A stretch of DNA of 36,708 nucleotides from positions 1 through 36,708 of IMG/VR virus record IMGVR_UViG_3300028045_000006; one strand, 5' to 3'. The notes under the pieces were generated by a model. That model made no database searches and had not been told where the DNA came from. It saw only the letters and a list, made by a program, of their open reading frames with translations. The stretch's first letter is position 1, and each line of letters begins with the position of its first letter. Made by a program: the position numbers and the translations under genes. Shown here one piece after another: positions 18,222-26,641 of the stretch. The DNA is from a virus.

Positions 18222-18251
18222 GGGGAGAGCCGATTGCTCGGCCCCCTCCCC
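18222..18251 (-). other. GC-rich stem-loop (6 bp + 5 bp stems; GCAA loop on the minus-strand RNA)
   Basis: The plus strand reads GGGGAG-A-GCCGA-TTGC-TCGGC-CCC-CTCCCC. It is the only strongly GC-rich element I noticed in this AT-rich genome, and it sits in the gap between the 547-aa and next gene. No U-tract follows. Confidence 0.5.
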
Positions 18252-18271
18252 TTCAAGAAAGATCAAATTGA

Positions 18272-19915
18272 TTATGCAAGCGTCGCAGTTCCTCCTGTCA
18301 TATACCATCCACCTGTTGCAGAATAAGTAAGGTCACAAGAGTCACCGAGTGCATTAAATGTGATTGTAGTGCCTCCAGCCAATGTAGTTGGTGTCATCAC
18401 TGCGGTATCAGCTCCAGCTCCTTCAGCGACATAAAGCACTGTTAAGCGTTGTCCAGCCGTACCGTTCGCTAGAGTCATTGCGTCTCCAGCACCTGTTGTT
18501 GTGATTTCGTGGATTCTTCCAGTTACCGCTACTGCACCTGGTCCAGAAGTAGCAGTGATACCTGTTCCAGTATGGAACACAGCACCAATGATTCCTCCAG
18601 TCACCGCAGTAGTACCAGTAACTCCAAGAGTTGTACCTACTGTACAAGCAGCTCCGATGTCACAATCTTCGTCGAATAGAACATTACCAGCGTCTACTCT
18701 CAAAGCTTCTCCAGTTGCTGCACTAATATATGCAGCATAAGAAGTAGCAGTACCACCAGTATCTACGATTCTAAGTGAAGTACCGAGACCAGTCGCAGCA
18801 CCAGTACCTGAATACTCAATGAGCATACAAGAAGCGTTTGCGTGAGCCAAATTACCGTCACAAGTTATTTGTGCGATACCTACTCCGTCTGCGCCAAGCC
18901 ATCCAGTTGCACCAGTACCTGTATCTGTAAGAGTTAATGCAGAGACAGTAGCACTAGCAGCAGAAATACCTTCAAGGATTGTACCTGTAGCAGCTTCACC
19001 AGTCGCTTTGATAAGACTAGCTCCTGCAGCTAAAGAAGTTAAGGTAATAGCGTCCGCTGTACCTTCGTGGTCGATTACAACAGATCCAACTGCTCCAGTA
19101 CCGTTAGAATCAATCAATAACGTTTCGTTATCAGCTGAAGCGTTAGTGTCTTCAAGCTCAAGCAATGGACCTGTAGTAGCAGCCACGTTACGTTTGATGT
19201 AACTTTGGTCGTCTGCGGTAGAATCTAGTGTGATCTTACCTTCAGCACTTACGAAGTCACCATCAGTAAGAGTTGCACTTCCTGCTGTGATGCCGAAAGC
19301 ACCATTTACTATAGTGAAGTTCTTGCCTGTTGCAAGAGTTGTGTCGTCACCTAGAGTGATTCCACCAGTTGAAGTTGAACAAATGTTCACTCCACCTGAA
19401 GTTGTCCCGTCTAGTGTAAGTGTTGTCGCCGCAGTTGCAGCAACCACAGCATCAGTAGCGAATCCTCCAACAGTAAGCGTGCCATCTACGTCAAGGTCTC
19501 CACCACAAGCAACGTTACCTGTAAGTGTAGATCCAAGATCAACCGTTAAAGCACCACTAACATCTGCAGCTCCTACGATGCTAAATGTTCCAGCAGTTCC
19601 ACCGTCAACATAAGATGTAGCATTCACATACATTCTGTCGACATAAGAATTAGCCCAGTAAATCAAGCTTGAACCTAGGTCGTCAGTTGAATCTGCGTCT
19701 GAAACTAAGCTAGTGTTGATAGCTACTCCAACCAGATTGTCTAGTGCTAGACTAGCGCCACCCGAAGATGACGTTTGGAAAGTATAAATTGAACCTTCCT
19801 GACCAAACCTAAAACCTGTACCGTCTACATAACGGATTTCTCCGTCTGCAATAGGTTGCTGGGTTTCGTCATCGCTCCAATTCACTTGTTCCACATATAA
19901 TGGATTTTTTGCCAT
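18272..19915 (-). CDS. Thr/Gly/Ala-rich fibre or decoration-like protein (547 aa) directly after the capsid gene
   Basis: Degenerate G-T-x-A/T-L-T-type beta-helix-like composition throughout. Position immediately downstream of the major capsid protein. Confidence 0.45.
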   Translation of the reverse strand: MAKNPLYVEQVNWSDDETQQPIADGEIRYVDGTGFRFGQEGSIYTFQTSSSGGASLALDNLVGVAINTSLVSDADSTDDLGSSLIYWANSYVDRMYVNATSYVDGGTAGTFSIVGAADVSGALTVDLGSTLTGNVACGGDLDVDGTLTVGGFATDAVVAATAATTLTLDGTTSGGVNICSTSTGGITLGDDTTLATGKNFTIVNGAFGITAGSATLTDGDFVSAEGKITLDSTADDQSYIKRNVAATTGPLLELEDTNASADNETLLIDSNGTGAVGSVVIDHEGTADAITLTSLAAGASLIKATGEAATGTILEGISAASATVSALTLTDTGTGATGWLGADGVGIAQITCDGNLAHANASCMLIEYSGTGAATGLGTSLRIVDTGGTATSYAAYISAATGEALRVDAGNVLFDEDCDIGAACTVGTTLGVTGTTAVTGGIIGAVFHTGTGITATSGPGAVAVTGRIHEITTTGAGDAMTLANGTAGQRLTVLYVAEGAGADTAVMTPTTLAGGTTITFNALGDSCDLTYSATGGWYMTGGTATLA

Positions 19916-19985
19916 AAAATAGTTTGTTATGAGTCCAGGATAGTATGAGTGGCCATGTTCCCCACTCTAGTAACTCGAAATAATA

Positions 19986-21152
19986 TTATTGTACGTTGTG
20001 TGTGATGTTCACAAGTCTGTAAGCGTCTCTGAAGAATACCGCATCACCGAATAGAACGTGAGTTAGGTAGTTCTTAGCGAGCTGTTTAGGTTCTTCACGG
20101 ATGTACAGTTCAGGCATCATTTGGATTGCCAAAGAGATTGCTCCTTGTCTTCCAGTTAGCATTGTCCCTGTTTCTGTAGCGAATACATTTGTGCCAGTTG
20201 TGAATGTCTCAGCTGGAGCCATCTTTCCGTAACAAGTCAAAGTACAGTCGTGTGTAGACCATGCACCTGCAGTAAGCTGTGCATTCTGATACTTACGTCG
20301 TCCTTCTGCGGCTAAATCGATATAATCGTTAGCTGAAGGTGGAGTCGTTCCGTTAATAGCTGTTAAGAAAATTGCCTTGAAGTCAGCCAAACCGTCACCG
20401 ATATTGATTTCACCTGCTGCCGCAGCAGTACCATCAGTTACACATGTCCAAGTTTCACCCAGAAGCGTGAATGTATCTGTGTTGCTAGGTTGTGTGTCAA
20501 CTGTCAACACTACACTTGTTGGTAGGTTGTTTGAAACATAACAGTTGAATCCAGCAGCTTTACCACGGAATTGGTTTCTTAGTTGTGTGTCTGCTTCTTG
20601 GAATCCGTTAGCTACGAATGTCTCTGTTAGGAGTGTAGCTGTGTGAGCATCGATTACAGCGAACAAAGGCGCATCAGTTGCGTTTTGTCTGTAAAGTTCT
20701 GCGTAAGATTCATTAAGTCTAGAAAGGACTGTTGAGGTAGTCAAAGAACCACCTGCAACCGTGTTGTTAGCACCTGCTACACCTGTAGCGAATACTGTTT
20801 GGTCGATGTTGTTTCTTAGTTGGAATGCTGATTGGTAAGCCAATTCTGCACCGTAGTCAGCCAAAGCTTGTTTCTCTTGTACTGGATCAAGGATGAAGTT
20901 AGCAATTTTAGATTGATCAACAGTCAAAGAACTCTGTACTGCTGAAAGATCGTCCATTGTAACGTCTGTACCTTGCGTGTAGTCTTGTACACGAACATCA
21001 CTTACATACGGAAAGTTTACTTGGTCTCCACTTGAAAGGTATGCTTCACATTTAGTGTTACATATCTCTTTCGCTACAAGCATCTTGTTCAGATAATCTT
21101 GTACCATAGGTTTCCATACCTCTGGATTTAAAGCTGTAATAGCGTTTGCCAT
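19986..21152 (-). CDS. Major capsid protein (HK97 fold, P22-coat-like family)
   Basis: 388 aa. The N-terminal A.T.LNPEVWKP.V..YL......A..I.N......SGD.V.FPY...V.V.DY pattern is typical of this capsid family. It follows the scaffold gene. Confidence 0.75.
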   Translation of the reverse strand: MANAITALNPEVWKPMVQDYLNKMLVAKEICNTKCEAYLSSGDQVNFPYVSDVRVQDYTQGTDVTMDDLSAVQSSLTVDQSKIANFILDPVQEKQALADYGAELAYQSAFQLRNNIDQTVFATGVAGANNTVAGGSLTTSTVLSRLNESYAELYRQNATDAPLFAVIDAHTATLLTETFVANGFQEADTQLRNQFRGKAAGFNCYVSNNLPTSVVLTVDTQPSNTDTFTLLGETWTCVTDGTAAAAGEINIGDGLADFKAIFLTAINGTTPPSANDYIDLAAEGRRKYQNAQLTAGAWSTHDCTLTCYGKMAPAETFTTGTNVFATETGTMLTGRQGAISLAIQMMPELYIREEPKQLAKNYLTHVLFGDAVFFRDAYRLVNITHNVQ

Positions 21153-21161
21153 AGTAGAAAT

Positions 21162-21185
21162 ACGTTAAATTATAATTTTTAACGT
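21162..21185. promoter_or_regulatory. Perfect 8-bp inverted repeat ACGTTAAA-N8-TTTAACGT upstream of the capsid gene
   Basis: Arms at 21162..21169 and 21178..21185, loop ttataatt. A TATAAT reads leftward at 21169..21174. It lies in the 53-nt scaffold-capsid gap. Confidence 0.4.
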
Positions 21186-21205
21186 CCTTTTCTACCTTAT
21201 TAAGT

Positions 21206-21886
21206 CTATCGATTGGTTCGTAACCTTTCTAAGACTTTGACCCGCTCTTCTGGTTTTAGTTTCTTGAAAGCATCACTACCTGGCGCAGGTACTTTCTCTC
21301 CAGTAAGCCCAACAGAGTAATAGGATTCCTTTGGCATAGACATTTTAGCTTTTAAAGCGTCCATCTTCCTGCCATCAGGATCGACTCCAGCAAGTTTCAT
21401 AGCTTTTTCTAAAGCTTTCGATTGCGTTAGTCCACTAGAACGTAAGTCTTTGAACTCAACTTCTAGTTCCTTTTTCTGAGCATTGGTCAGATTCAATTCA
21501 GACAGTCCAGCCTTCATTTGCATAAACTTCCCTAACTCTTCTCGCTCGGCAATGGCTTCATTAACCAGTCGAGTGATGTCAGCTTCAGGCTTCTTGGCAG
21601 TAGGCTCTGTGAGGTGAGGGGCTAACCACCGTAGATTTGCTGGAAGATCAGTGATCGTTGCCTTACCTTCATCAAGCTTACTTTGCCAAGCATTGATCTG
21701 CTTCTGCTTAGCTTCCTCTGCTTTTGAGGTCGTACTCTTGTCATCGAGATCAAGAGTGTCTTGCTCCTGTTCACTAGCTTCACTCTCTTCAGTGGAGTCA
21801 GTGTCATTTGCTGCGTCTGTGGCAGCATCATCGTCAACGGTGTCAAAGAGCTGTTCACCGTCTTCGTGTGTCTTGTCTTCAGACAT
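21206..21886 (-). CDS. Scaffolding protein
   Basis: 226 aa with a very acidic N-terminus and helical, Lys/Glu-rich remainder. Located between the portal and capsid genes. Confidence 0.55.
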   Translation of the reverse strand: MSEDKTHEDGEQLFDTVDDDAATDAANDTDSTEESEASEQEQDTLDLDDKSTTSKAEEAKQKQINAWQSKLDEGKATITDLPANLRWLAPHLTEPTAKKPEADITRLVNEAIAEREELGKFMQMKAGLSELNLTNAQKKELEVEFKDLRSSGLTQSKALEKAMKLAGVDPDGRKMDALKAKMSMPKESYYSVGLTGEKVPAPGSDAFKKLKPEERVKVLERLRTNR

Positions 21887-21934
21887 AGATCTTGGGTTTT
21901 AAAGAACATTTAGGACAAGTGTCCCAGTCAATAC

Positions 21935-22219
21935 CTAATCTTTAGGCACTGGCTGCGACCTTTGTTCTCGTTCCTCTAAACACTTCTGCATAAACTTCCC
22001 AACCTCTCCTAATCCGAATCTATAAGCAACCATCTCATCCTTTGTGTATTCGTTCTCCATTGCGTAATCTAGTAAACAATCGGCTGTTATTAAATGGAAT
22101 AGCGCTGCATTCTTCTCAAAGAAGTTAGCAAGTTTAGTGACATTCGCTTCGTTACCTACGACCTTCTCGCACTCTCGTACATCAAGTCCTGTATTTTTAA
22201 TGTTCTGTTGTATGTCCAT
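21935..22219 (-). CDS. Hypothetical protein (94 aa) between portal and scaffold
   Basis: ORF track; start abuts the portal stop. Confidence 0.5.
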   Translation of the reverse strand: MDIQQNIKNTGLDVRECEKVVGNEANVTKLANFFEKNAALFHLITADCLLDYAMENEYTKDEMVAYRFGLGEVGKFMQKCLEEREQRSQPVPKD

Positions 22220-24004
22220 TTATAGTGCTGGTTCAGATTGTGGTTGCCTAACATTTATCTTTGCTCTGTCTGTTCCTGTCACACCTCCTTCCTCTGGCGC
22301 AGCTCCTGGCGCTCCTTGTGGCATCTCTGGTGCTGGTGGATTGAATTCTTCCATCGTTACATCCCTATCGTTTAGTTGTGCTAGTTGGTATGTAAGTTTA
22401 GCGTGTGCTGGTGTTCCTGGCCTTGTGAACTGTAGTGTTTTTGAAATCTGTGCTTGTTGTACGATGTTTGAAGGTATAGCTCCTGTTCTTGCGTTTACCT
22501 TTACAAAGTAGTTGTGTTTGCTGATCTCATCCTTCACCATCCCTAAAGTAACTCCATCTGGTCTGATCATATCCCCTTCACCTAAATCAATCTTAGTTGT
22601 TAGATTCAAAGCAGTCTTGTCCTTCTTGCCTACAAACTTCTTAATACAATCCAATGTAACCTCTACCAAGTGTTTAGTCTCACTAGCGTTGTATTCCATA
22701 ATCTGTTTAACGAATCCGTTAGCACTCTCCTCTTCCGCTAGTACCTGAGTTGCTGTTACGTTAGCTCCTCTTTCTGCTTCGTCTAAGAAAATTCCCATAC
22801 GTTTAATCTCTCTATCTAGTATGTCGTATATAGCTTGCCATTCGTTGTATAAATTCTGTGTTAATAGACTCTGGGCGTTTGCTTGACTTGCGTTAGGATT
22901 GTTAGGATCGTACTCCATTGCAACGTATCCTTTCTTTCCTGCTGCTCTCATTTCGTGTGCTAGTTGAAGTTTGTTAAAGAATTTACTAGCTTCACCTTGT
23001 GGTACGTTCATCAAAGTAACTGGGTAAACGTTATCTTCTATGTGTCCTACTTCCATGTTCATCAACCTCTGAGAAACTAAAGCTAAATCATAAAGCATTG
23101 AACCAATACCGTGATTATAGAATCCTTTAGCTGAAGGCATACATATAAACTGACTAATAGGAATGTAAGGCTCACCTCCTTTAGTAAACGGATATTCATC
23201 ACCATTGTACTCCTCCAATACTGTACAAGATGTTCCTGCGAATACTGTGTAGTTCTTATTGTTGATGTCGTAGAAGTATGCAATCTCTGTCTTTGTCTCT
23301 AACTCATGTTCTTGTTCGTATTGTCTTTCAAGTTCCTTCTCTGAATACAGACTTCGGGGAATCTCTCCTGCTCCTCCTTTCTTCTTAAGCTCTGGGAATA
23401 ATTGAACAGCCTCAGCCCATGGATAACTAAAGATTACACAACACTTATTGACTTCTCCTGATCCAGTAGGGCTTCTCATCATGGTTGCATAAGCATCAAC
23501 GTATACATTTGAATTACTTACACTTCTATACTTCAAAGGACTATTAGTGTCTTTCTCTGGATTAGAACCTATTTGAATGAATCCATCCCCGTACATCAAT
23601 AGTTTAAAGAAAGCACCATTCTTATCTCTCAAAGACGCTGCGTAACCTCCTCTGTCCATTACTGTTGATACTCCCATTGTTGTGATCTTCTCCATTACTT
23701 CAGGTCTTCCTGTTCCATGAATACTAAAGTCTAAAGGCTTCATTCTACCTGCTGTACGCCACATTGCTTGGTATAACTTCTTTGAAGCGATCTTCTTCGG
23801 CCCGACTGGACTCTTAACTTCAAAACCTTTCTCGAACATCTCCTGAATCAATTCGTTCTTAGAGTCTTGTTCGTTCTTTAGAGTGTAGTTAGTTGAAAGA
23901 AGCTTAAGTGCAGTCTGCACAGCTTTGTTGTCTCTTCCATCTTCTACGTTAAGATTAACTTCAGGGTCGAGACCTGGATTTGATCCAGTATATTGATTAG
24001 CCAT
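22220..24004 (-). CDS. Portal protein
   Basis: 594 aa, located downstream of terL and upstream of scaffold and capsid. Call rests on size and synteny; Pro/Gly/Ala-rich C-terminal tail. Confidence 0.65.
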   Translation of the reverse strand: MANQYTGSNPGLDPEVNLNVEDGRDNKAVQTALKLLSTNYTLKNEQDSKNELIQEMFEKGFEVKSPVGPKKIASKKLYQAMWRTAGRMKPLDFSIHGTGRPEVMEKITTMGVSTVMDRGGYAASLRDKNGAFFKLLMYGDGFIQIGSNPEKDTNSPLKYRSVSNSNVYVDAYATMMRSPTGSGEVNKCCVIFSYPWAEAVQLFPELKKKGGAGEIPRSLYSEKELERQYEQEHELETKTEIAYFYDINNKNYTVFAGTSCTVLEEYNGDEYPFTKGGEPYIPISQFICMPSAKGFYNHGIGSMLYDLALVSQRLMNMEVGHIEDNVYPVTLMNVPQGEASKFFNKLQLAHEMRAAGKKGYVAMEYDPNNPNASQANAQSLLTQNLYNEWQAIYDILDREIKRMGIFLDEAERGANVTATQVLAEEESANGFVKQIMEYNASETKHLVEVTLDCIKKFVGKKDKTALNLTTKIDLGEGDMIRPDGVTLGMVKDEISKHNYFVKVNARTGAIPSNIVQQAQISKTLQFTRPGTPAHAKLTYQLAQLNDRDVTMEEFNPPAPEMPQGAPGAAPEEGGVTGTDRAKINVRQPQSEPAL

Positions 24005-24067
24005 TAAAACAGGTTAGAGGAACCACGTTTAGTAGTTTGTGAATACATTATACACTATATATTGTGT

Positions 24068-24439
24068 TTAATCTAGTTTATTTAATTCTAGCCATAAGTT
24101 AGCTACTGCTTCTTCAGGTGTTGAGCCTTGTCCTAGTTCACCACAACAGTCCACTACACAACCAATGTTTGGGTCTATTCCGTCAGCTCTCCAATCCCCA
24201 TCACAAAGAGTTAAGCTATCAAACGATTCCCCACACGCCTCTATGAGTTCGGAGAGAGTTGGAGAATACAATTGAAATCCTGAAGTGCGAAGTGTTTGAA
24301 CGTTATCGTGTTCGTCTATCACTGTTCCGTTGCCTTTTTGTTCAAACCCAGCTTCCTTCAACTTCTTTGCTAATTTGTAATCAATCATATTGTTTGTGTT
24401 ATAATCTGCTTTTAGTTTTATACCTGTAAAGTTTAACAT
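24068..24439 (-). CDS. Hypothetical protein (123 aa) between terL and portal
   Basis: ORF track. The LAKKLKEAGF...YSPTLSELIEA motif recalls a recurrent small phage protein family that I cannot name. Confidence 0.5.
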   Translation of the reverse strand: MLNFTGIKLKADYNTNNMIDYKLAKKLKEAGFEQKGNGTVIDEHDNVQTLRTSGFQLYSPTLSELIEACGESFDSLTLCDGDWRADGIDPNIGCVVDCCGELGQGSTPEEAVANLWLELNKLD

Positions 24440-24483
24440 CTCTCACCGCTGGGATCAACTTTGTTGGAAAGGTTGTCAAGTAC

Positions 24484-25785
24484 CTATTTCTTAAGGATTA
24501 AGTCTTTAGCTGCTTTAGCGTATTCTTTGTATTCTTTGGCTGGAATTCCTATCTCGTGCTTTCTTATACCTGCTTCGTGGTCAGCAAAACCCATAGCTTT
24601 GTTCTCATAGTCACTGAACGGTGTTGAGTCTTTGACAGAGATTGTAGTCAATGCGTACCTAACTGCATCCATTGCATGATCGAAGCCTGGTTCTGGTACA
24701 TTTAACACCTTCCCATTCTTGTCTGTTAGCCACAAGTAGTTCCTATACTCTTTAATCACGTTAATTGACCTCTTAGTCATGAATATCCTTTGGTCTTGTA
24801 CTAACTGTATTCCTTGATTAACTGAGTCTCTACCTTTCTTACATCCGATTATGTTAGCTCCATAGGCTCTTATCTCATCAATAGACTTAGGCTCTGCTGA
24901 GTCAGCTACTGTTAGAGTGTTGTTCTCGTCGATCAATAGAATGTCAGCTATCTGCTTATTACTCAATCCTTTCCTAAATGTTATCTCGTCTATGATGTAA
25001 GCTCCGTTCCACTTGTAGATGTCTACTATAGATGTTGGGTCGTTACTGTATCCGAAATCCATACCTTTCCTAATCAACTTAGCTTCATCTGGTATCTTAT
25101 CAAGTATCTTCCAATCCTTATATATCTTACCTTCTACCTCACCCAGCATTCCTAGTCCATACACTTGCCACCATCCTTTCCTGTTCCTACGCTGTTCAAT
25201 TGATTCCACAATCTTCTCGTCTAATGCTTCGTTGTCCTTATAAGTAAGCGTACATTCTTCTACATCATCTCTATCATCTCTAACATCAGAGTAATACCAA
25301 AACTCATTAGTCGGATTCCAATCTAAGTACACAAACTCCTTAGTCCTTACCTCAAGCTGCTCAAATGCGTCAAAAGGCACGTTGTTAGCCTCGTTGATGA
25401 ACAAACGATCTCTACGTGCTCCTCTGAGCTTATCGGGGCTGTCAGCTGAAAAGAATTCGATTCTACTTCCTGTCTCAAATGTGTACGTGTGATTGGTCTT
25501 GTCCCATAGTTTGTCTTTGTAATAGCCTTGCTTCTGCATTATGTTTAAGAAATCTCTCTCAGCTCCTCTACGGAGATGTGGGAAAGACTCTGATACAACA
25601 CTTGTTAAAGTTATAGCCTTATCACTCTGTGCTCTAGCTATTAAATAAATAAGAATAGAGATTGTTTTAGAAGCTGAAGTACCACCAGGCACTGCTCTAA
25701 TCCTTTGCTCCATCTTCATTATCTTGTCCGTCGCTGTTGTTATTACAAACATGAGGTAGTATTGGTGATGGTAACTTCTCTCCAT
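24484..25785 (-). CDS. terL: Terminase large subunit (Terminase_3 / PBSX-like); true start probably at internal Met 25752, 25719 or 25713
   Basis: Walker A VPGGTSASKT and Walker B DRLFINEA. Nuclease motifs GMDFGYSNDPTSIV, DSAEPKSIDEIR and HAMDAVRYAL. Confidence 0.9.
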   Translation of the reverse strand: MERSYHHQYYLMFVITTATDKIMKMEQRIRAVPGGTSASKTISILIYLIARAQSDKAITLTSVVSESFPHLRRGAERDFLNIMQKQGYYKDKLWDKTNHTYTFETGSRIEFFSADSPDKLRGARRDRLFINEANNVPFDAFEQLEVRTKEFVYLDWNPTNEFWYYSDVRDDRDDVEECTLTYKDNEALDEKIVESIEQRRNRKGWWQVYGLGMLGEVEGKIYKDWKILDKIPDEAKLIRKGMDFGYSNDPTSIVDIYKWNGAYIIDEITFRKGLSNKQIADILLIDENNTLTVADSAEPKSIDEIRAYGANIIGCKKGRDSVNQGIQLVQDQRIFMTKRSINVIKEYRNYLWLTDKNGKVLNVPEPGFDHAMDAVRYALTTISVKDSTPFSDYENKAMGFADHEAGIRKHEIGIPAKEYKEYAKAAKDLILKK

Positions 25786-26020
25786 CCGTAGTTACGTCAG
25801 TCTTCCTAGCTTTAACGAAAGGAAATAACTTCTCAGTACGATCCATTGCTTCTTGCTCTGGCTTTGTTAGCTCAACTCCTTCGTATTGCTTTTGTAGCCT
25901 ATCTTGGTACAACTGTATTCCACCACTAGCAATAAACTCCCAAAGGTTTTCTTTATATTCCTTCTTAGCTGCATGAGCTTTCTTACTTTCTATCTTTGCT
26001 GTTTCTGATGTGAACGGCAT
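25697..26020 (-). CDS. Putative terminase small subunit (107 aa)
   Basis: Position immediately upstream of and overlapping terL; Lys-rich helical N-terminus. No diagnostic motif. Confidence 0.35.
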   Translation of the reverse strand: MPFTSETAKIESKKAHAAKKEYKENLWEFIASGGIQLYQDRLQKQYEGVELTKPEQEAMDRTEKLFPFVKARKTDVTTDGEKLPSPILPHVCNNNSDGQDNEDGAKD

Positions 26021-26045
26021 ACCATTTACAATTTAAAGTACTTAT

Positions 26046-26074
26046 ATTATACCACAGATGTTAGTTAGTTACAA
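26046..26074 (-). promoter_or_regulatory. Candidate sigma70-like promoter with extended -10 (TTGTAA-N17-TATAAT, preceded by TGg) in front of terS
   Basis: Read on the minus strand: TTGTAA at 26074..26069, 17-nt spacer, TG at 26054..26053, TATAAT at 26051..26046. The terS ATG is at 26020. Confidence 0.45.
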
Positions 26075-26209
26075 ATCCTCGTCTATCGGCTTTATTACGT
26101 AAGCACGTTCTCCTGCCTTTATTCTTATCTCTTCTACGTAGCCTGCTTGTTCTAAAGAAGCTCCATCACGACGGTACAGAATATCTCCAAGTCTAAGTCC
26201 TTCCTTCAT
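26069..26209 (-). CDS. Small ORF (46 aa)
   Basis: Hand translation: MKEGLRLGDILYRRDGASLEQAGYVEEIRIKAGERAYVIKPIDEDL. It fills an otherwise empty gap and ends in the conserved gatttgtaactaac linker. Confidence 0.45.
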   Translation of the reverse strand: MKEGLRLGDILYRRDGASLEQAGYVEEIRIKAGERAYVIKPIDEDL

Positions 26210-26223
26210 AGTTATTTGTTTAG

Positions 26224-26481
26224 TTACAAATCCTTAAACATCTTCGCCACTCTTCCTAAGTGTGAACTCATGTCCTTTACAAACTCTTTCAACGTAAGCA
26301 TTTGTAGTGAGGCTACGTGGTTGTTCTTAGTGAATGTGAAGAAGAATGTTCTATAAGCACTTTTAGGAATCTCTTCTATGTAAGCAAGGCTATCTCCTCT
26401 TTGTATAGTACACTCTATATTCTCTTTCTCTAAGAAAGGTCTCATAGCTTCTATCACTCTTCGTTTAGTGCATCTCATCAT
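26224..26481 (-). CDS. Hypothetical protein (85 aa)
   Basis: ORF track; preceded by TAACCAAATAGA and ending in gatttgtaa. Confidence 0.55.
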   Translation of the reverse strand: MMRCTKRRVIEAMRPFLEKENIECTIQRGDSLAYIEEIPKSAYRTFFFTFTKNNHVASLQMLTLKEFVKDMSSHLGRVAKMFKDL

Positions 26482-26489
26482 CTATTTGG

Positions 26490-26618
26490 TTAAACTGGTA
26501 TAGGTGCATCATCTGGCACAATCGCATATGGCATCTCCGCTGGTTTCGGCTCCTTCTCGTCAACAATCTGACAAGGCATTTCTGCTGGATGACACTCCTC
26601 CAACTTCTTCTTCCCCAT
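26490..26618 (-). CDS. Small ORF (42 aa), Pro/Glu-rich
   Basis: Hand translation: MGKKKLEECHPAEMPCQIVDEKEPKPAEMPYAIVPDDAPIPV. Preceded by CTAACCAAATAGAAC. Confidence 0.4.
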   Translation of the reverse strand: MGKKKLEECHPAEMPCQIVDEKEPKPAEMPYAIVPDDAPIPV

Positions 26619-26641
26619 GTTCTATTTGGTTAGTTAGTTAG

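Noticed and set aside
18423-19613. Alternative-frame and antisense ORFs inside the 547-aa gene (18423..18647 minus; 18501..18740, 19008..19202 and 19230..19613 plus). Also considered: this T/G/A-rich gene as a diversity-generating-retroelement target.
   Set aside because: These are open frames created by the biased GGT/ACT/GCA codon usage, giving Trp/Cys/Arg-rich or Pro/Val/Ser-rich nonsense products. For the DGR idea, the complete genome has no reverse transcriptase and I found no template or variable repeat pair.
21622-21909. A 95-aa basic ORF in an alternative frame over the start of the scaffold gene, and the antisense ORF 21651..21902
   Set aside because: It overlaps the highly acidic, repetitive N-terminal coding region of the scaffold. 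Its Lys/Arg/Thr/Leu-rich product is what frame-shifting a GA-rich acidic region yields. It has no independent start context.
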